Assembly: GCA_029564765.1 (NCBI GenBank)
Contig: JAKQPK010000023.1
Coordinates: 163,640-227,639 of the forward strand
Direction of reading: 5' to 3'
Length of the DNA: 64,000 bases
Source: Candidatus Omnitrophota bacterium
GTDB lineage: Bacteria; Omnitrophota; Gorgyraeia; Zapsychrales; Aceulaceae
The translations under genes and the position numbers were made by a program. This document shows positions 35,863 to 46,148 of this stretch, one piece after another. Each line of letters starts with the position of its first letter. The first letter of the stretch is position 1. The notes below the pieces were generated by a model. That model was not told where the DNA came from and ran no database searches. It saw only the letters and a program-made list of their open reading frames with translations.

Positions 35863-36972
35863 TTATAAGCTTGCCCGGCTACAATACGCATCTATAACTA
35901 ATTTCTCATTATATTCCTTAATTATTTTAGATCGGCCTCTTTTTCCCATTTCGATGCGTTGAGTGGGCGACATTCTGACCATTTCCTCCATTGCTTTAGA
36001 TAAATCATCCACATCCCTTGCTTGAACTAAAAATCCAGTCGACTCTTCTTCAACAACATCTCGACAACCAGGTACATCGGTGGCAATAACGGGTAATTCC
36101 ATCGCAGCTGCTTCCAACAAGGACCTTGGAGTTCCCTCTCGATAAGAAGGAAGAACAACGCAGTCACAATTTTCTAGATACGGCCTAACATCATCGGTAT
36201 TTCCTAAATATTCAACAATCCCTTCCTTCTGCCATTCTTGAACCTGGATCCTACTGATACCAGCTGGGTTTCCTTCATCGATCATACCGAGAAAACCAAC
36301 CTTAACAAAAGGATACTTTTCTCGCAAAGCTCGAATAGCTGCAATGAGCTCGCCTATTCCCTTGTCCCATAGGATTCTCCCCAGATAAAGAAAAGCAAAG
36401 CTTTCTTTAGCAAGTGCAGGGTCTTGCCTATTATTACGTCTGAAAAAATCCACATCAACTCCAGAACCGGCAACTAACTGACATTTCTTGGAGTTAATCA
36501 ATCTTTGACTCACAAAAAGATTTAGGTCGTCCTTGTTCTGAAAAAATGTCTTCTTGGCGCAAAATCCTGCTACCTTGTAAAACATTTTCACAATTTCAGA
36601 TAAAAATGTTTTTCTAATAAATAAATATCCCAAGCCTGAGATAGTATTAATGCAACGACAGCGAGAAAAAAAAGCAGCCATAGATCCATAAATATTTGGC
36701 TTAATAGAGTTGTGGTAGATCCAATCAGGCCTCTCTTTTATATATATCCTAATCAAAGAAAAGAATAAAAGCAGATCTTTAAAAACATTTATACCTTTCC
36801 GATCTAAAGAAATCGGGATGTACCTAAAACCCATTTGTTCAAGTCTTGAAGTATAGTCATCATGCACCGCGCAGAAAACGACTTCATGTCCACGCTTTTT
36901 GACTTCCATCATCAATCCACGACGGAAATTATAAAGACTCCATGAAAGATTAGAAACAAAGAAAATTTTCAT
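35863..36972 (-). CDS. GT4 (GT-B fold) glycosyltransferase
   Basis: 369 aa. The C-terminal half carries the GT4 EX7E-type region (PSYREGTPRSLLEAAAMELPVIATDVPGCRDVV). Confidence 0.75.
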   Translation of the reverse strand: MKIFFVSNLSWSLYNFRRGLMMEVKKRGHEVVFCAVHDDYTSRLEQMGFRYIPISLDRKGINVFKDLLLFFSLIRIYIKERPDWIYHNSIKPNIYGSMAAFFSRCRCINTISGLGYLFIRKTFLSEIVKMFYKVAGFCAKKTFFQNKDDLNLFVSQRLINSKKCQLVAGSGVDVDFFRRNNRQDPALAKESFAFLYLGRILWDKGIGELIAAIRALREKYPFVKVGFLGMIDEGNPAGISRIQVQEWQKEGIVEYLGNTDDVRPYLENCDCVVLPSYREGTPRSLLEAAAMELPVIATDVPGCRDVVEEESTGFLVQARDVDDLSKAMEEMVRMSPTQRIEMGKRGRSKIIKEYNEKLVIDAYCSRASL

Positions 36973-38927
36973 GAATTGATATGATTAAACTCTAACCAAG
37001 CATTAAACATCAGGATATCCCATAATTCGAATTGCCAGTTCCTGGAACCTTTCTTATGTTCTTGCCATTTCTGCGATATTATCTTATGATCAAAAAAACC
37101 TTTCCTTCTCAGATAATCACTTGAAAGAAGGTCATCTGCCCAATCTTTTAACGGCCCTCTCAGCCAATCATCAAGAGGAACAGCAAATCCCATTTTTGGC
37201 CTTTCCCAATAAGTTGCTGGAAGATATTTGCTCAAAATATTTCTCAGGATTAACTTTGACCCATTTTTATTAATAAGCACATCCGTCGGCAGCTTCCACG
37301 CATATTCGACCAGCCGGTGATCCAAGAAAACTGCTCGAGATTCCAAGCTCGCAGACATGCTTGCCCTATCAACTTTAGTTAAAATATCATTGGGAAGATA
37401 ATTGGTCATATCACAATACATCATTTGTCTTTTTAAATCTCCCAAGGAATCCATGGATGAAAGGCCTGCAAATCTTTCTAATCTATTAAAATCTCCTAAA
37501 ACAACTTCCTCAGAATTCTTCCAGTGGGATGTTAAATTCAAATACGCCTCATCTTCATTTAAAGCTGCCAAGCAATCCAAAAACTTTTGAAACTTTATTC
37601 CAGGACTTCGCACTCTGAGCTGCTCAGGAAGAATCTGTTTTAAGCTCTCAAAGCCAGCCTCAAATTTATCTGGTGAGCAAATAGAAAGAAAACTTGATAA
37701 TGACCGTCGGACTCCATGAGGCACTAGCTCTATTTTCTTCCAAATCTTATCCAACCAAACATGTCTGTTATAACCTCCGAATATCTCATCTCCTCCGTCT
37801 CCAGAAACACACACCGTAACATGTTGTTTAGCCAGTCTTGAAACTAAAATGGTTGGAATCTGTGAAGAATCTGCAAATGGTTCATCATAAATTTTAGGCA
37901 ACTCAGGAATCACTTTCAAAGCGTCTTTAGCTGTCGCATGAAAACATGTATGATCTGTACCTAAATATTCAGCGACTTGTTTAGCGTCTTGCGCTTCATT
38001 GTATCGCTGATCATCAAATCCAATTGTAAATGTCTTAATTGGAACAGTGCTTTGCTCCTGCATTAGCGCAGTGATCAAAGAAGAATCAATGCCTCCAGAA
38101 AGAAAAACTCCAAGGGGAACATCCGACTCCATTCTTATCTTAACAGCATCTTTAAGAAGAAACTTTCCTTCTCGCAACATGTCCTCAAAAGTTCTCAATT
38201 TATTCGTTGCATCAAAAGCCATCGCGGCATTCGAAGCGGACCAATAAAAATGAGTTTTAATGTCCTGAGATACGCTATCAAATTCTAACAATTCTCCAGG
38301 AAAAAGTTTTCTTATATTCTTAAATATTGAATGTGGCGCAGGAATACAATTATATCTAAGATAAGAAGCAACAGCTTGTCGATTTATCTCTTTATCAAAT
38401 CCAGGAAACTCTGCAAATGCTTTAAGCTCTGAGGCAAAAACAAAACTATTGTTGATAAACCCATAATAAAGAGGCTTTTCACCGAGGCGGTCTCGACACA
38501 AATAAAGGATTTTATCGCTCCGATCCCATAAAGCAAATGCGAACATCCCGTTGAATTTTGCCATAGCCTTTTCCAGCCCATAATGGCTAATCGCTGAAAG
38601 TACAACCTCGGTGTCGCTATGGCCAAGAAATTGAACGCCATGCAATTCCAAATCTTTACGCAATGCTTTAAAATTATAAACCTCTCCGTTAAAGACGATG
38701 ATGTACCTTCCGTCGCGAGACACCATAGGCTGGTGCCCTTCCTGAGAAAGGTCTATGATGGATAAACGTCGATGACCAAACGCAACGCCATTGTTTTCGT
38801 CGATCCATATACCTTGGTCATCAGGTCCCCTATGACGCAAGGTATCAGCCATCAAAGTTACAAAATAATCAAGTTGTTGCGACTTTTTACGCCACGATGG
38901 GTCTATAAATCCAACAATGCCACACAT
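36969..38927 (-). CDS. asnB: Asparagine synthetase (glutamine-hydrolysing) family amidotransferase (AsnB/WbpS-like)
   Basis: 652 aa. MCGIVG gives the N-terminal nucleophile Cys. The PP-loop SGGIDSS lies in the synthetase domain. It overlaps the GT4 gene by 4 nt. Confidence 0.85.
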   Translation of the reverse strand: MCGIVGFIDPSWRKKSQQLDYFVTLMADTLRHRGPDDQGIWIDENNGVAFGHRRLSIIDLSQEGHQPMVSRDGRYIIVFNGEVYNFKALRKDLELHGVQFLGHSDTEVVLSAISHYGLEKAMAKFNGMFAFALWDRSDKILYLCRDRLGEKPLYYGFINNSFVFASELKAFAEFPGFDKEINRQAVASYLRYNCIPAPHSIFKNIRKLFPGELLEFDSVSQDIKTHFYWSASNAAMAFDATNKLRTFEDMLREGKFLLKDAVKIRMESDVPLGVFLSGGIDSSLITALMQEQSTVPIKTFTIGFDDQRYNEAQDAKQVAEYLGTDHTCFHATAKDALKVIPELPKIYDEPFADSSQIPTILVSRLAKQHVTVCVSGDGGDEIFGGYNRHVWLDKIWKKIELVPHGVRRSLSSFLSICSPDKFEAGFESLKQILPEQLRVRSPGIKFQKFLDCLAALNEDEAYLNLTSHWKNSEEVVLGDFNRLERFAGLSSMDSLGDLKRQMMYCDMTNYLPNDILTKVDRASMSASLESRAVFLDHRLVEYAWKLPTDVLINKNGSKLILRNILSKYLPATYWERPKMGFAVPLDDWLRGPLKDWADDLLSSDYLRRKGFFDHKIISQKWQEHKKGSRNWQFELWDILMFNAWLEFNHINS

Positions 38928-38930
38928 GAT

Positions 38931-40301
38931 CTACTTACTCCTCTTGGCCTTAAGCTTTTCAAAAAAAACAATAAATCCCGCAATCCCTAAAGCCACTAAA
39001 ATCGAAATATATCCGTATCGCATTCGATACAAGGAACCTATGTTGCAAAAAACTAGCCCATAAACAAGCATCATGTATATACAAGATAATAAAATAATCC
39101 AGAAATCAATGCGTTTACGCCAATGCCAAATAGCATACGGTAAGAATATTAAAGCAAAATATACCACCATCATCTCAAATGCGGATATTTTCCGCATAAA
39201 AGAACCTCCGGGAGAGCTGCTTTGAGCAAACCATTGATTAGGAAACGGCGCTAACAAGGCTATCTGGGTTGCTCGAGGTAGATAGACCACTATATCTTTA
39301 ACGCTTCTAAATCCGATGTTTTGATCAATACTGCTTTTAGCTTCAGAGGGGGAAAACTGAAAACCTTTTCTGACCTGAGACAAAGAAGAAGCTTTTCTTT
39401 CAATAAAATCTGGAAGTCTAAATGAACCCTGCCAATAATTTTCTGAGCCACCATGCTTCATCAAAGTCTCATTCTCAGCTTTTATTTCTTCCGATCCTAC
39501 AAAGTCCCCCTTAAAATCAATTGAACTTAGACTTTTTTCTTGTAATAAAATAAAAAGCATAAGAAAGAAAGATAGAAAAAAGAAGAATATTTTTAGCCAT
39601 GATGTTTCGTTTCTAAGCTTTTTAATTAAAAAAACAAACGATAGAAAACAAAAGAGCATAATTATAAAAGGCCCAACAATCGTTAATAAATAAGGACGTA
39701 CAATCCACATCAGCATAATCCCACAGATACTAGAAAGTAATCCACGAAAAAAATGGTAAAATTGCTGCTTAGCCCCCATGCCTTCTGCTCTTGACAGCAA
39801 TACAATGCCCTTCAAAAACAATAAGAATCCTAAAATGCTAAAACCGTCCTTATGAAGCTGAGAAGTCCATTGCAAGCTAGAAGGAAAAAGAAGAAAAGGC
39901 AATGCGCACAAAAGCGCCCTAGCTTGATTCTTAATAAATCGATTTAAAATCTGAAATAATACCAAAAACGCACTCGCGTGCAAAACAGCATTTAGCGGAA
40001 TCAAAATCCACAGCTTGCTCCAAGTTAATGCAAATATAAAGGCTGCTATGCCTGCCGGCGCCTGACCTTGGGGACGAAATTCCCATGCTGCCCATCCAAA
40101 CGTTCTTATCTTTTCAGCCAACTCAGCTGCAAGTCGATAAAATCCTAGGCAATCGGGGAGCCCAATAAACAATCCACCACCTGCATGCAGATCTGTTAAA
40201 AAAACGGGAAGTAAAATAAATTGTATAAATGCACTAACAATGCAAGTATACAGAAAAGCTGCGACCCAAATTCTCCATAAATCCTTAAATTCGTTATTCA
40301 T
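38931..40301 (-). CDS. Polytopic integral membrane protein of unknown function (candidate polysaccharide polymerase or membrane glycosyltransferase)
   Basis: 456 aa with more than 10 TM helices and a ~130-aa hydrophilic loop in the middle. I recognise no motif. It is assigned only by its context in the glycan locus. Confidence 0.35.
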   Translation of the reverse strand: MNNEFKDLWRIWVAAFLYTCIVSAFIQFILLPVFLTDLHAGGGLFIGLPDCLGFYRLAAELAEKIRTFGWAAWEFRPQGQAPAGIAAFIFALTWSKLWILIPLNAVLHASAFLVLFQILNRFIKNQARALLCALPFLLFPSSLQWTSQLHKDGFSILGFLLFLKGIVLLSRAEGMGAKQQFYHFFRGLLSSICGIMLMWIVRPYLLTIVGPFIIMLFCFLSFVFLIKKLRNETSWLKIFFFFLSFFLMLFILLQEKSLSSIDFKGDFVGSEEIKAENETLMKHGGSENYWQGSFRLPDFIERKASSLSQVRKGFQFSPSEAKSSIDQNIGFRSVKDIVVYLPRATQIALLAPFPNQWFAQSSSPGGSFMRKISAFEMMVVYFALIFLPYAIWHWRKRIDFWIILLSCIYMMLVYGLVFCNIGSLYRMRYGYISILVALGIAGFIVFFEKLKAKRSK

Positions 40302-40364
40302 AATAATTACCCGAACTTAGGCATACTGATTCTAGTCAAGAAATGGCCTCCAAAAACTTTCACT

Positions 40365-41420
40365 CTATACAAGCGATAAGAAAACTTTATCCCAGCGATC
40401 TAAAATAATTTCTTCACTATAATACTTCTCGGCAAAGATAAGACCACGTGCTCCTGCTTCACGACGAGCATTCTCATCATCTATATACTTTACCAAGGTT
40501 TCTATCCATTCGCTTTTTGTCCGGCAAGTCATTGATAAGCCGCACTGCTGCATGGCTCTCTCATATGCTGGAGTCGAAGACACGACAACCGGCATGCCCA
40601 TGCGCCAAAATAACAACAATTTATTTTCAGGCTTACCAACAGCAAATGAATCATTTAAAGATATTGGAATAAGTGCTAAATCACATTTTCTGATAAGATC
40701 TGAACAAGTTTTCTCGTTCCATTCATGCAAATGAACATCGCAAGATAATTTTTTTGTTAATGCAGATGTTTGTTGATGCCCATATCTACCTGCATATTTA
40801 TAATACTCAAGATCAGTCACAATATGCAGTGCCACTTTCTTTTTTTCACTTAATTTCATTAGAACATCATTGATTTCATAAAATGATCTGATGTTGCATG
40901 GCAACCCTTCCCAAACAAAATTAAAAATATCCCTACAGGAATAATCCTGTTTGACTTCTTGAACAACACTACTATGAAAATCGAGGACAATATGTACATT
41001 TTTACAAAACTTTGAGATATCTTGCTTTTGTTCTTCTGTGCTACATATAACAGCATCCGATCTCTGACACATTTGCTCGATAGCTTTCCAATAATTTAAT
41101 TTCAGATATCGATTCTCTCCAGCAACAACTTTAGCTAATCCCCTAAGAATTCCTTTTAAATCATAGCGAGGAATAGCAAGATATGAATCGATAAAATCGT
41201 AAACAATTTTTGCCTTTCCTTTACGATAATTGCTCCAAACACCAAGATCACCTTTCTGCGTAACAACAACAATATCATAATCCTTAAAAGGATCAGCTAT
41301 TTCAAACTTTATATTTCTTTTGTTTGCATAATAACAAAATCTCCTCCTATCTCCTGGTCGGCTCAAATAAACGGAATACGGCACATATCCAATTCTCAAT
41401 CTGGCAAAATCATTATTCAT
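40365..41420 (-). CDS. Putative GT-B fold glycosyltransferase
   Basis: 351 aa. The C-terminal ENKLLLFWRMGMPVVVSSTPAYERAM resembles the GT-B E...G-P-V-V donor-binding helix. Otherwise the protein is divergent. Confidence 0.4.
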   Translation of the reverse strand: MNNDFARLRIGYVPYSVYLSRPGDRRRFCYYANKRNIKFEIADPFKDYDIVVVTQKGDLGVWSNYRKGKAKIVYDFIDSYLAIPRYDLKGILRGLAKVVAGENRYLKLNYWKAIEQMCQRSDAVICSTEEQKQDISKFCKNVHIVLDFHSSVVQEVKQDYSCRDIFNFVWEGLPCNIRSFYEINDVLMKLSEKKKVALHIVTDLEYYKYAGRYGHQQTSALTKKLSCDVHLHEWNEKTCSDLIRKCDLALIPISLNDSFAVGKPENKLLLFWRMGMPVVVSSTPAYERAMQQCGLSMTCRTKSEWIETLVKYIDDENARREAGARGLIFAEKYYSEEIILDRWDKVFLSLV

Positions 41421-42564
41421 TATTCTTGTCTTTCCTAATTATCCATGCCCTAAATTCTCTAATATTTAAGACTCCGCCCATAGGAGAAAGGCCACGCCAA
41501 ATTCTCCGGGGATCATTCTTCTTACAAATATTCAACATGCGAAACATATGTTTCCAGCTCTCGCTATCTACGATAGAAAGAAACAGCCAAGTCCAATCTA
41601 AAAAAGATAGCTTTGCAATTCTTGCCACAAAATTATTAAATGTAATTATGCCAGAGCCATATTGCCTACACCAATAATATACCTGCCGCCTCACATAATT
41701 TGCCCGACTTATATTTATGCCCTTCAGCTTGTCGTCATAATCAATTTTCAGAAAATTAAGCCATGTGTGCATATGGTTTATTAACTCATTGCCTGGTAAA
41801 CAACCCTTAAAATCAGCTCCTACGCCAAGATAGATCAACCCTTTATCCTGTTTATTGCTGTACACAAAATGGCCAAATGATTTTGGAGACACGCCAACAA
41901 CAAGCAAGTTTTCTGGTAAATAAACCCATCGCGCATCGCTTAAGAGCAATGCGTTTAATGCGTAATGGTCTGGAAAGGGTGGGTGAAAAACATCCCCCTT
42001 AATATACTTTTCAGCCGCACGATGAGAAACAAGCGTTGTCTGCATGTTCAACGGAATTCGCACCCTAAAACGATACATATCTCGAACAATCGAAAATCGC
42101 TGCTCAAAAGAAACTAGTCCCTCTTTTTTAAAATCAGGACCAAACTTGAAATGCCGTTTATTATAATAACTTTCTCTGTTGTTAATAGCCCCTGGAGCAA
42201 TATAAGTATACGCATTATAAATTACGCAATCTGGATCATCATATTTTCTTAACGTATCTTCCATGCGCTTAAAATATCCCGGCAGAAGACAGTCATCGTC
42301 ACCCATCATTAAAAAATAATCTCCCGAGCTCGCCTTAAGAGCATTATTCCAATTTTCAGTAACACCAACTGGAGCGTCTAGCCTTAGAACCTTTAGACGT
42401 GAATCATTGGCAAAGGATTTAAGAATATCTTGCGTTTCATCAGTATTTGCATTATCTGACACAACAAGCTCCATATCTTCATACGGCTCATCAAGAATAG
42501 AGCTAATACAATCTTTTAAAAACTGCCCACCATTACGTGTAGGAAGAAGAACAGAAAACTTCAT
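41413..42564 (-). CDS. GT2 glycosyltransferase
   Basis: FSVLLPTRNGGQFLKDCISSIL gives the GT2 N-terminus, and the DxD motifs VSDNANTD and MMGDDD follow. Confidence 0.75.
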   Translation of the reverse strand: MKFSVLLPTRNGGQFLKDCISSILDEPYEDMELVVSDNANTDETQDILKSFANDSRLKVLRLDAPVGVTENWNNALKASSGDYFLMMGDDDCLLPGYFKRMEDTLRKYDDPDCVIYNAYTYIAPGAINNRESYYNKRHFKFGPDFKKEGLVSFEQRFSIVRDMYRFRVRIPLNMQTTLVSHRAAEKYIKGDVFHPPFPDHYALNALLLSDARWVYLPENLLVVGVSPKSFGHFVYSNKQDKGLIYLGVGADFKGCLPGNELINHMHTWLNFLKIDYDDKLKGINISRANYVRRQVYYWCRQYGSGIITFNNFVARIAKLSFLDWTWLFLSIVDSESWKHMFRMLNICKKNDPRRIWRGLSPMGGVLNIREFRAWIIRKDKNNE

Positions 42565-43448
42565 TCAGCCACCTTTTTTTGGAAAATAGCTGTATAGGCA
42601 CACCCTTCAAACTTTTTTCGATCCCACAAAGCCATTGGAAAGCTCACAAGATAACCAATCACAAAACATATTCTCTGCGTTAATTTTCCAGAACAGCAAT
42701 TCATCAAAAGACGTTGCCAGCCAAACCTATTCCAGCTTCTGCCACCATGATCGTCTGTCGTTATCATAACCAGTTTCAATCCATGTCTCTCTAGATAATC
42801 TTCAAGAACTTTTCTTGGAAAAAGATTTAAATGGCGAGGCGCGTCAGCATGCGGCCAATAAGCACCCATAAGTCTAAACTGAAATGACTGGGGATTCGGA
42901 GTCGCGATAACCAGCATCCCCCCAGGCGACAGATTATTTGCCAATGCGCTTAAAGCTTCCCAAGGATTAGCGAGATGCTCTAGAACATGCCACATAGCAA
43001 TAACATCATGCTTTCCCATAGATTCTACTGCTTTATGAGGCATGTCACTTTTTATAACATTAACGCCAACTTCTTCCTCTAAATACTTGCAGCACCTTTC
43101 ATTCATTTCTATGGTATCGACTTTAAAACCAGCTTCTTTTGCCTGATATGCAAATACACCAAAAGCTGGCCCAATCTCAAGAAGAGCTCCAGACGTTACA
43201 AATTTTTTTATCATTTCAATCTTAAATTTCTCAGCTTTAGCTATATTCTTTAACTTATCCAAAGAAGGTATCTGATAATATTCTTGGGCATAATAGCTCC
43301 CCAAATTATCAGGAATTTCGGAGATAGATATCAAATCGCAAGACGGACAACGCGAATAAATAAATTTCTTTTTCGAGATCTTACGATTAAGATCTTTTGC
43401 TTGAAATAAAACTTCAGGTTTTTCTCCGCAAAATGAACAAGCTATCAA
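42561..43448 (-). CDS. Class I SAM-dependent methyltransferase with an N-terminal Cys4 zinc ribbon
   Basis: CSFCGEK...CPSCD forms the zinc ribbon. The SAM motif I LEIGPAFGVFA lies in a Methyltransf_11/12-like fold. Confidence 0.65.
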   Translation of the reverse strand: MIACSFCGEKPEVLFQAKDLNRKISKKKFIYSRCPSCDLISISEIPDNLGSYYAQEYYQIPSLDKLKNIAKAEKFKIEMIKKFVTSGALLEIGPAFGVFAYQAKEAGFKVDTIEMNERCCKYLEEEVGVNVIKSDMPHKAVESMGKHDVIAMWHVLEHLANPWEALSALANNLSPGGMLVIATPNPQSFQFRLMGAYWPHADAPRHLNLFPRKVLEDYLERHGLKLVMITTDDHGGRSWNRFGWQRLLMNCCSGKLTQRICFVIGYLVSFPMALWDRKKFEGCAYTAIFQKKVAE

Positions 43449-44365
43449 TGGACCACCTTTTTTTCTAGATTATTTCTCCACCATTCAATTGTCTGATCTA
43501 ACCCTGTATCAATATCATATCCTGGAGCCCATCTAACTTCATTTGTTAACCTTTGAATATTGGCTACGAGCATAGGAGGTTCATCTTTTGACGATGGGAT
43601 AGCTCCTAAGCGAATCAACTCTGATCTACCGATCTTCTCTCCTATCTTTGTGATAACTTCTTTTAAGGCAATCGCCTCTCCAGAGGCAATATTTACTGCG
43701 CCTTGAACATCGCTATTTAGCAAGCTAACAAAAGCAGAAGCGACATCTTTAACATAGAGGAAATCGCGTAGCTGATTACCATGCGAACAAAAAGCTGGAT
43801 TACCTTTTAAAATAGAAGTTACAACATGCGGGACCAGCCTCGCAGGATGTTCATTCGGGCCATAAAGAAAAAATATTCTTCCCCAAGCACTGCTCAAGCC
43901 GGTCTTTTTAGAAAAAGTAGTCATGCTCTCCTGAAGAAAATGCTTGCATTTCCCATATACTGTTGCTGGCAAAAGCGGCGTTCCGCTTTCATCGCAGCAT
44001 CCATGCTGCCAATCGTATTCGGCACAAGTTCCAGCCATGACCGCTCTCTGTCCACCGCTATCATAAAAATATTTTAAAAGTGCTTTGCTTGCTTCAAGCC
44101 ACTTAAAATTCTCCTCAGCACTCCAATATTTCTTAGGCTCAGCATACCAAGCAAAATGCAACAAATGTGTCGCACCAACATCTTTAGCCGTCTTCTCTGC
44201 TTGTTTTTCGTCTAATAAATCGGCTTCAATCCATTTAACACTCTCCGGCGCACCTTCAATCTGATCTAAAGCTACAGCATAAACGTCATAGTCCTCCTCG
44301 ACTAAAGGAGACAAGCAATTCCTTGCTATAAATCCTGAAGCCCCTGTAACAAGCACTTTTTTCAT
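43445..44365 (-). CDS. NAD-dependent epimerase/dehydratase or reductase (extended SDR)
   Basis: VLVTGASGFIA is the Rossmann motif, and YGKCK gives the YxxxK catalytic pair. Its neighbour is RmlC-like, so it is possibly an RmlD/4-reductase-type enzyme. Confidence 0.7.
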   Translation of the reverse strand: MKKVLVTGASGFIARNCLSPLVEEDYDVYAVALDQIEGAPESVKWIEADLLDEKQAEKTAKDVGATHLLHFAWYAEPKKYWSAEENFKWLEASKALLKYFYDSGGQRAVMAGTCAEYDWQHGCCDESGTPLLPATVYGKCKHFLQESMTTFSKKTGLSSAWGRIFFLYGPNEHPARLVPHVVTSILKGNPAFCSHGNQLRDFLYVKDVASAFVSLLNSDVQGAVNIASGEAIALKEVITKIGEKIGRSELIRLGAIPSSKDEPPMLVANIQRLTNEVRWAPGYDIDTGLDQTIEWWRNNLEKKVVH

Positions 44366-44892
44366 AATTTAAAATCTAAATATTGAGAATCTCGCGCATT
44401 AATTAAAACATCCTTGTTTGGCCACTGTATTTTAAACGCCGGATCATTCCATCTTACACCCATCGAGCACTCTGGATGATAGGCTTCAGAAATCTGATAA
44501 AAAACTTCTGAGCTATCCTCCAGTGTCAGAAATCCATGAGCACATCCCTCTGGGATATATAATGCTTTTCTGTTTTCAGCGCTCAACTCTATTGCAAACC
44601 ATTTCTTAAAAGTCGACGATCCTTCTCTCAAGTCAAGAACGACGTCATAGATCGCACCCATAGTGCATCGCACAACCTTAGCTTCTTCGTGTGGCCTAAC
44701 CTGATAATGCATTCCGCGTAAAATTCCTCTTTTCTTATTAAAAGAAATGCTACATTGCGAAAGATCTTGATTTAGCCCTGCTTTTCTAAATTCTTCTTTA
44801 CACCAGCTTCTAGCAAAAAACCCCCTTTTGTCTTCGAAACGCTCTAACTCTAAAATGAAAACTCCCTTTAAAAATGTTTCTACATATTTCAT
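44362..44892 (-). CDS. NDP-4-dehydro-6-deoxyhexose 3,5-epimerase (RmlC/cupin family)
   Basis: 176 aa. The RmlC core reads LELERFEDKRGFFARSW...RGMHYQ...KVVRCTMGAIYDVVLDLR...YIPEGCAHGF. Confidence 0.8.
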   Translation of the reverse strand: MKYVETFLKGVFILELERFEDKRGFFARSWCKEEFRKAGLNQDLSQCSISFNKKRGILRGMHYQVRPHEEAKVVRCTMGAIYDVVLDLREGSSTFKKWFAIELSAENRKALYIPEGCAHGFLTLEDSSEVFYQISEAYHPECSMGVRWNDPAFKIQWPNKDVLINARDSQYLDFKL

Positions 44893-44903
44893 CTTCTGGC
44901 ACC

Positions 44904-46148
44904 CTATAACAAATATTGATATTTCTGAAGAAATTTAGCCCCTACTCTCGAAACTGCTCCATAAGAATAATGTGTCTCATTCATTAACGACTTAAATCGC
45001 TCTTGGAGGCAGTGATCTTCTTCTGAATAATTAACCAAACCGTTTACTTTTTCCAAGGCTTCTATGGCTAAACCCTTGACATCTTCTGAAGAATTCTCAA
45101 CAGCTATGATGCTATGCTCTTTGTATAGGCTATCTGTTCGAAAATTTCCAATAGAAGTAGAAAAGATTTCTTTAAAACTTAGATATCGGTTTTCTTTTAT
45201 TGACCAAATAAGCTTAGGGATTGCAATATCGTCAGGACCATAAGGTAAAATTGCAGAAATTGGCCCACTGATATTTGCAGCCGCAGTTAAGACTCCAAAA
45301 ACGCTAGCCAGATTTGATAAACCCGAGTTGCTCCCTAAAAAAAACTTACAACTTGCGCATAAAAAAACATCCATCCAATCACTTTTAACACTCAAATGTG
45401 CGTAGTCAATAACATTTCTCATTTTTGGAATTGACTTCATCGTTGGATCACCAACCCGGATAACCCACCCACCCCTATCAACAATTTCCTGCATTGCTGA
45501 TAAATAATTATTTATATCAACATTTCGAAGAGTTTCCTTGTTTTTATGCATACCAAAGCCATTTTCTCGACAATGAACACATGCAAACCAGGCGTCGCTA
45601 GGGAGACCTAAATTACGCAACACCTTCCATCCTCGATTACGATCAAAATTAGTCAAAGAGAGGATTGGTGGACGACCATAATATTTTCTCTGGATTTCTG
45701 GAAAAGATGCGTTTTCAAAATGACCGCAAAAATATTTTTCGACCCTATATCTAGTCAGCATACTCCTGCAAAATGGACTTAACAGAATACAAAGAATCGG
45801 ATTTTGTATAATTAATATCCGCTTTCTCCAGTAACCAAGAAAATATTGGTTAACAACATCTTTTTTAAGTGCTAAAAGAACAGCTCTATATTGAGGTCGC
45901 AAGTCAAGAATACCTTCTTTTATATAACAATCTAATTCGCCGGCTAAATGCCCTATCGCCATTGTTGATATTGGAATAAACTTAACTCTCATTAACCAAA
46001 GAAAAGGATAAAAAATAAGTCCTATAACTTGACCGACAACAAAATAAAATAATTTAATTGAGAAATAAAATATCCCCTCAGCCCTCAGAACTCTTATGGC
46101 GTATTCCGAGATTTTTATTATCGTTGACAGGACTTTATTGTATACCAT
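44904..46148 (-). CDS. Hypothetical protein with an N-terminal TM anchor (possibly an uncharacterised glycosyltransferase)
   Basis: 414 aa. One N-terminal TM segment is followed by a large soluble domain. I recognise no catalytic motif confidently. It is assigned only by its context in the glycan locus. Confidence 0.3.
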   Translation of the reverse strand: MVYNKVLSTIIKISEYAIRVLRAEGIFYFSIKLFYFVVGQVIGLIFYPFLWLMRVKFIPISTMAIGHLAGELDCYIKEGILDLRPQYRAVLLALKKDVVNQYFLGYWRKRILIIQNPILCILLSPFCRSMLTRYRVEKYFCGHFENASFPEIQRKYYGRPPILSLTNFDRNRGWKVLRNLGLPSDAWFACVHCRENGFGMHKNKETLRNVDINNYLSAMQEIVDRGGWVIRVGDPTMKSIPKMRNVIDYAHLSVKSDWMDVFLCASCKFFLGSNSGLSNLASVFGVLTAAANISGPISAILPYGPDDIAIPKLIWSIKENRYLSFKEIFSTSIGNFRTDSLYKEHSIIAVENSSEDVKGLAIEALEKVNGLVNYSEEDHCLQERFKSLMNETHYSYGAVSRVGAKFLQKYQYLL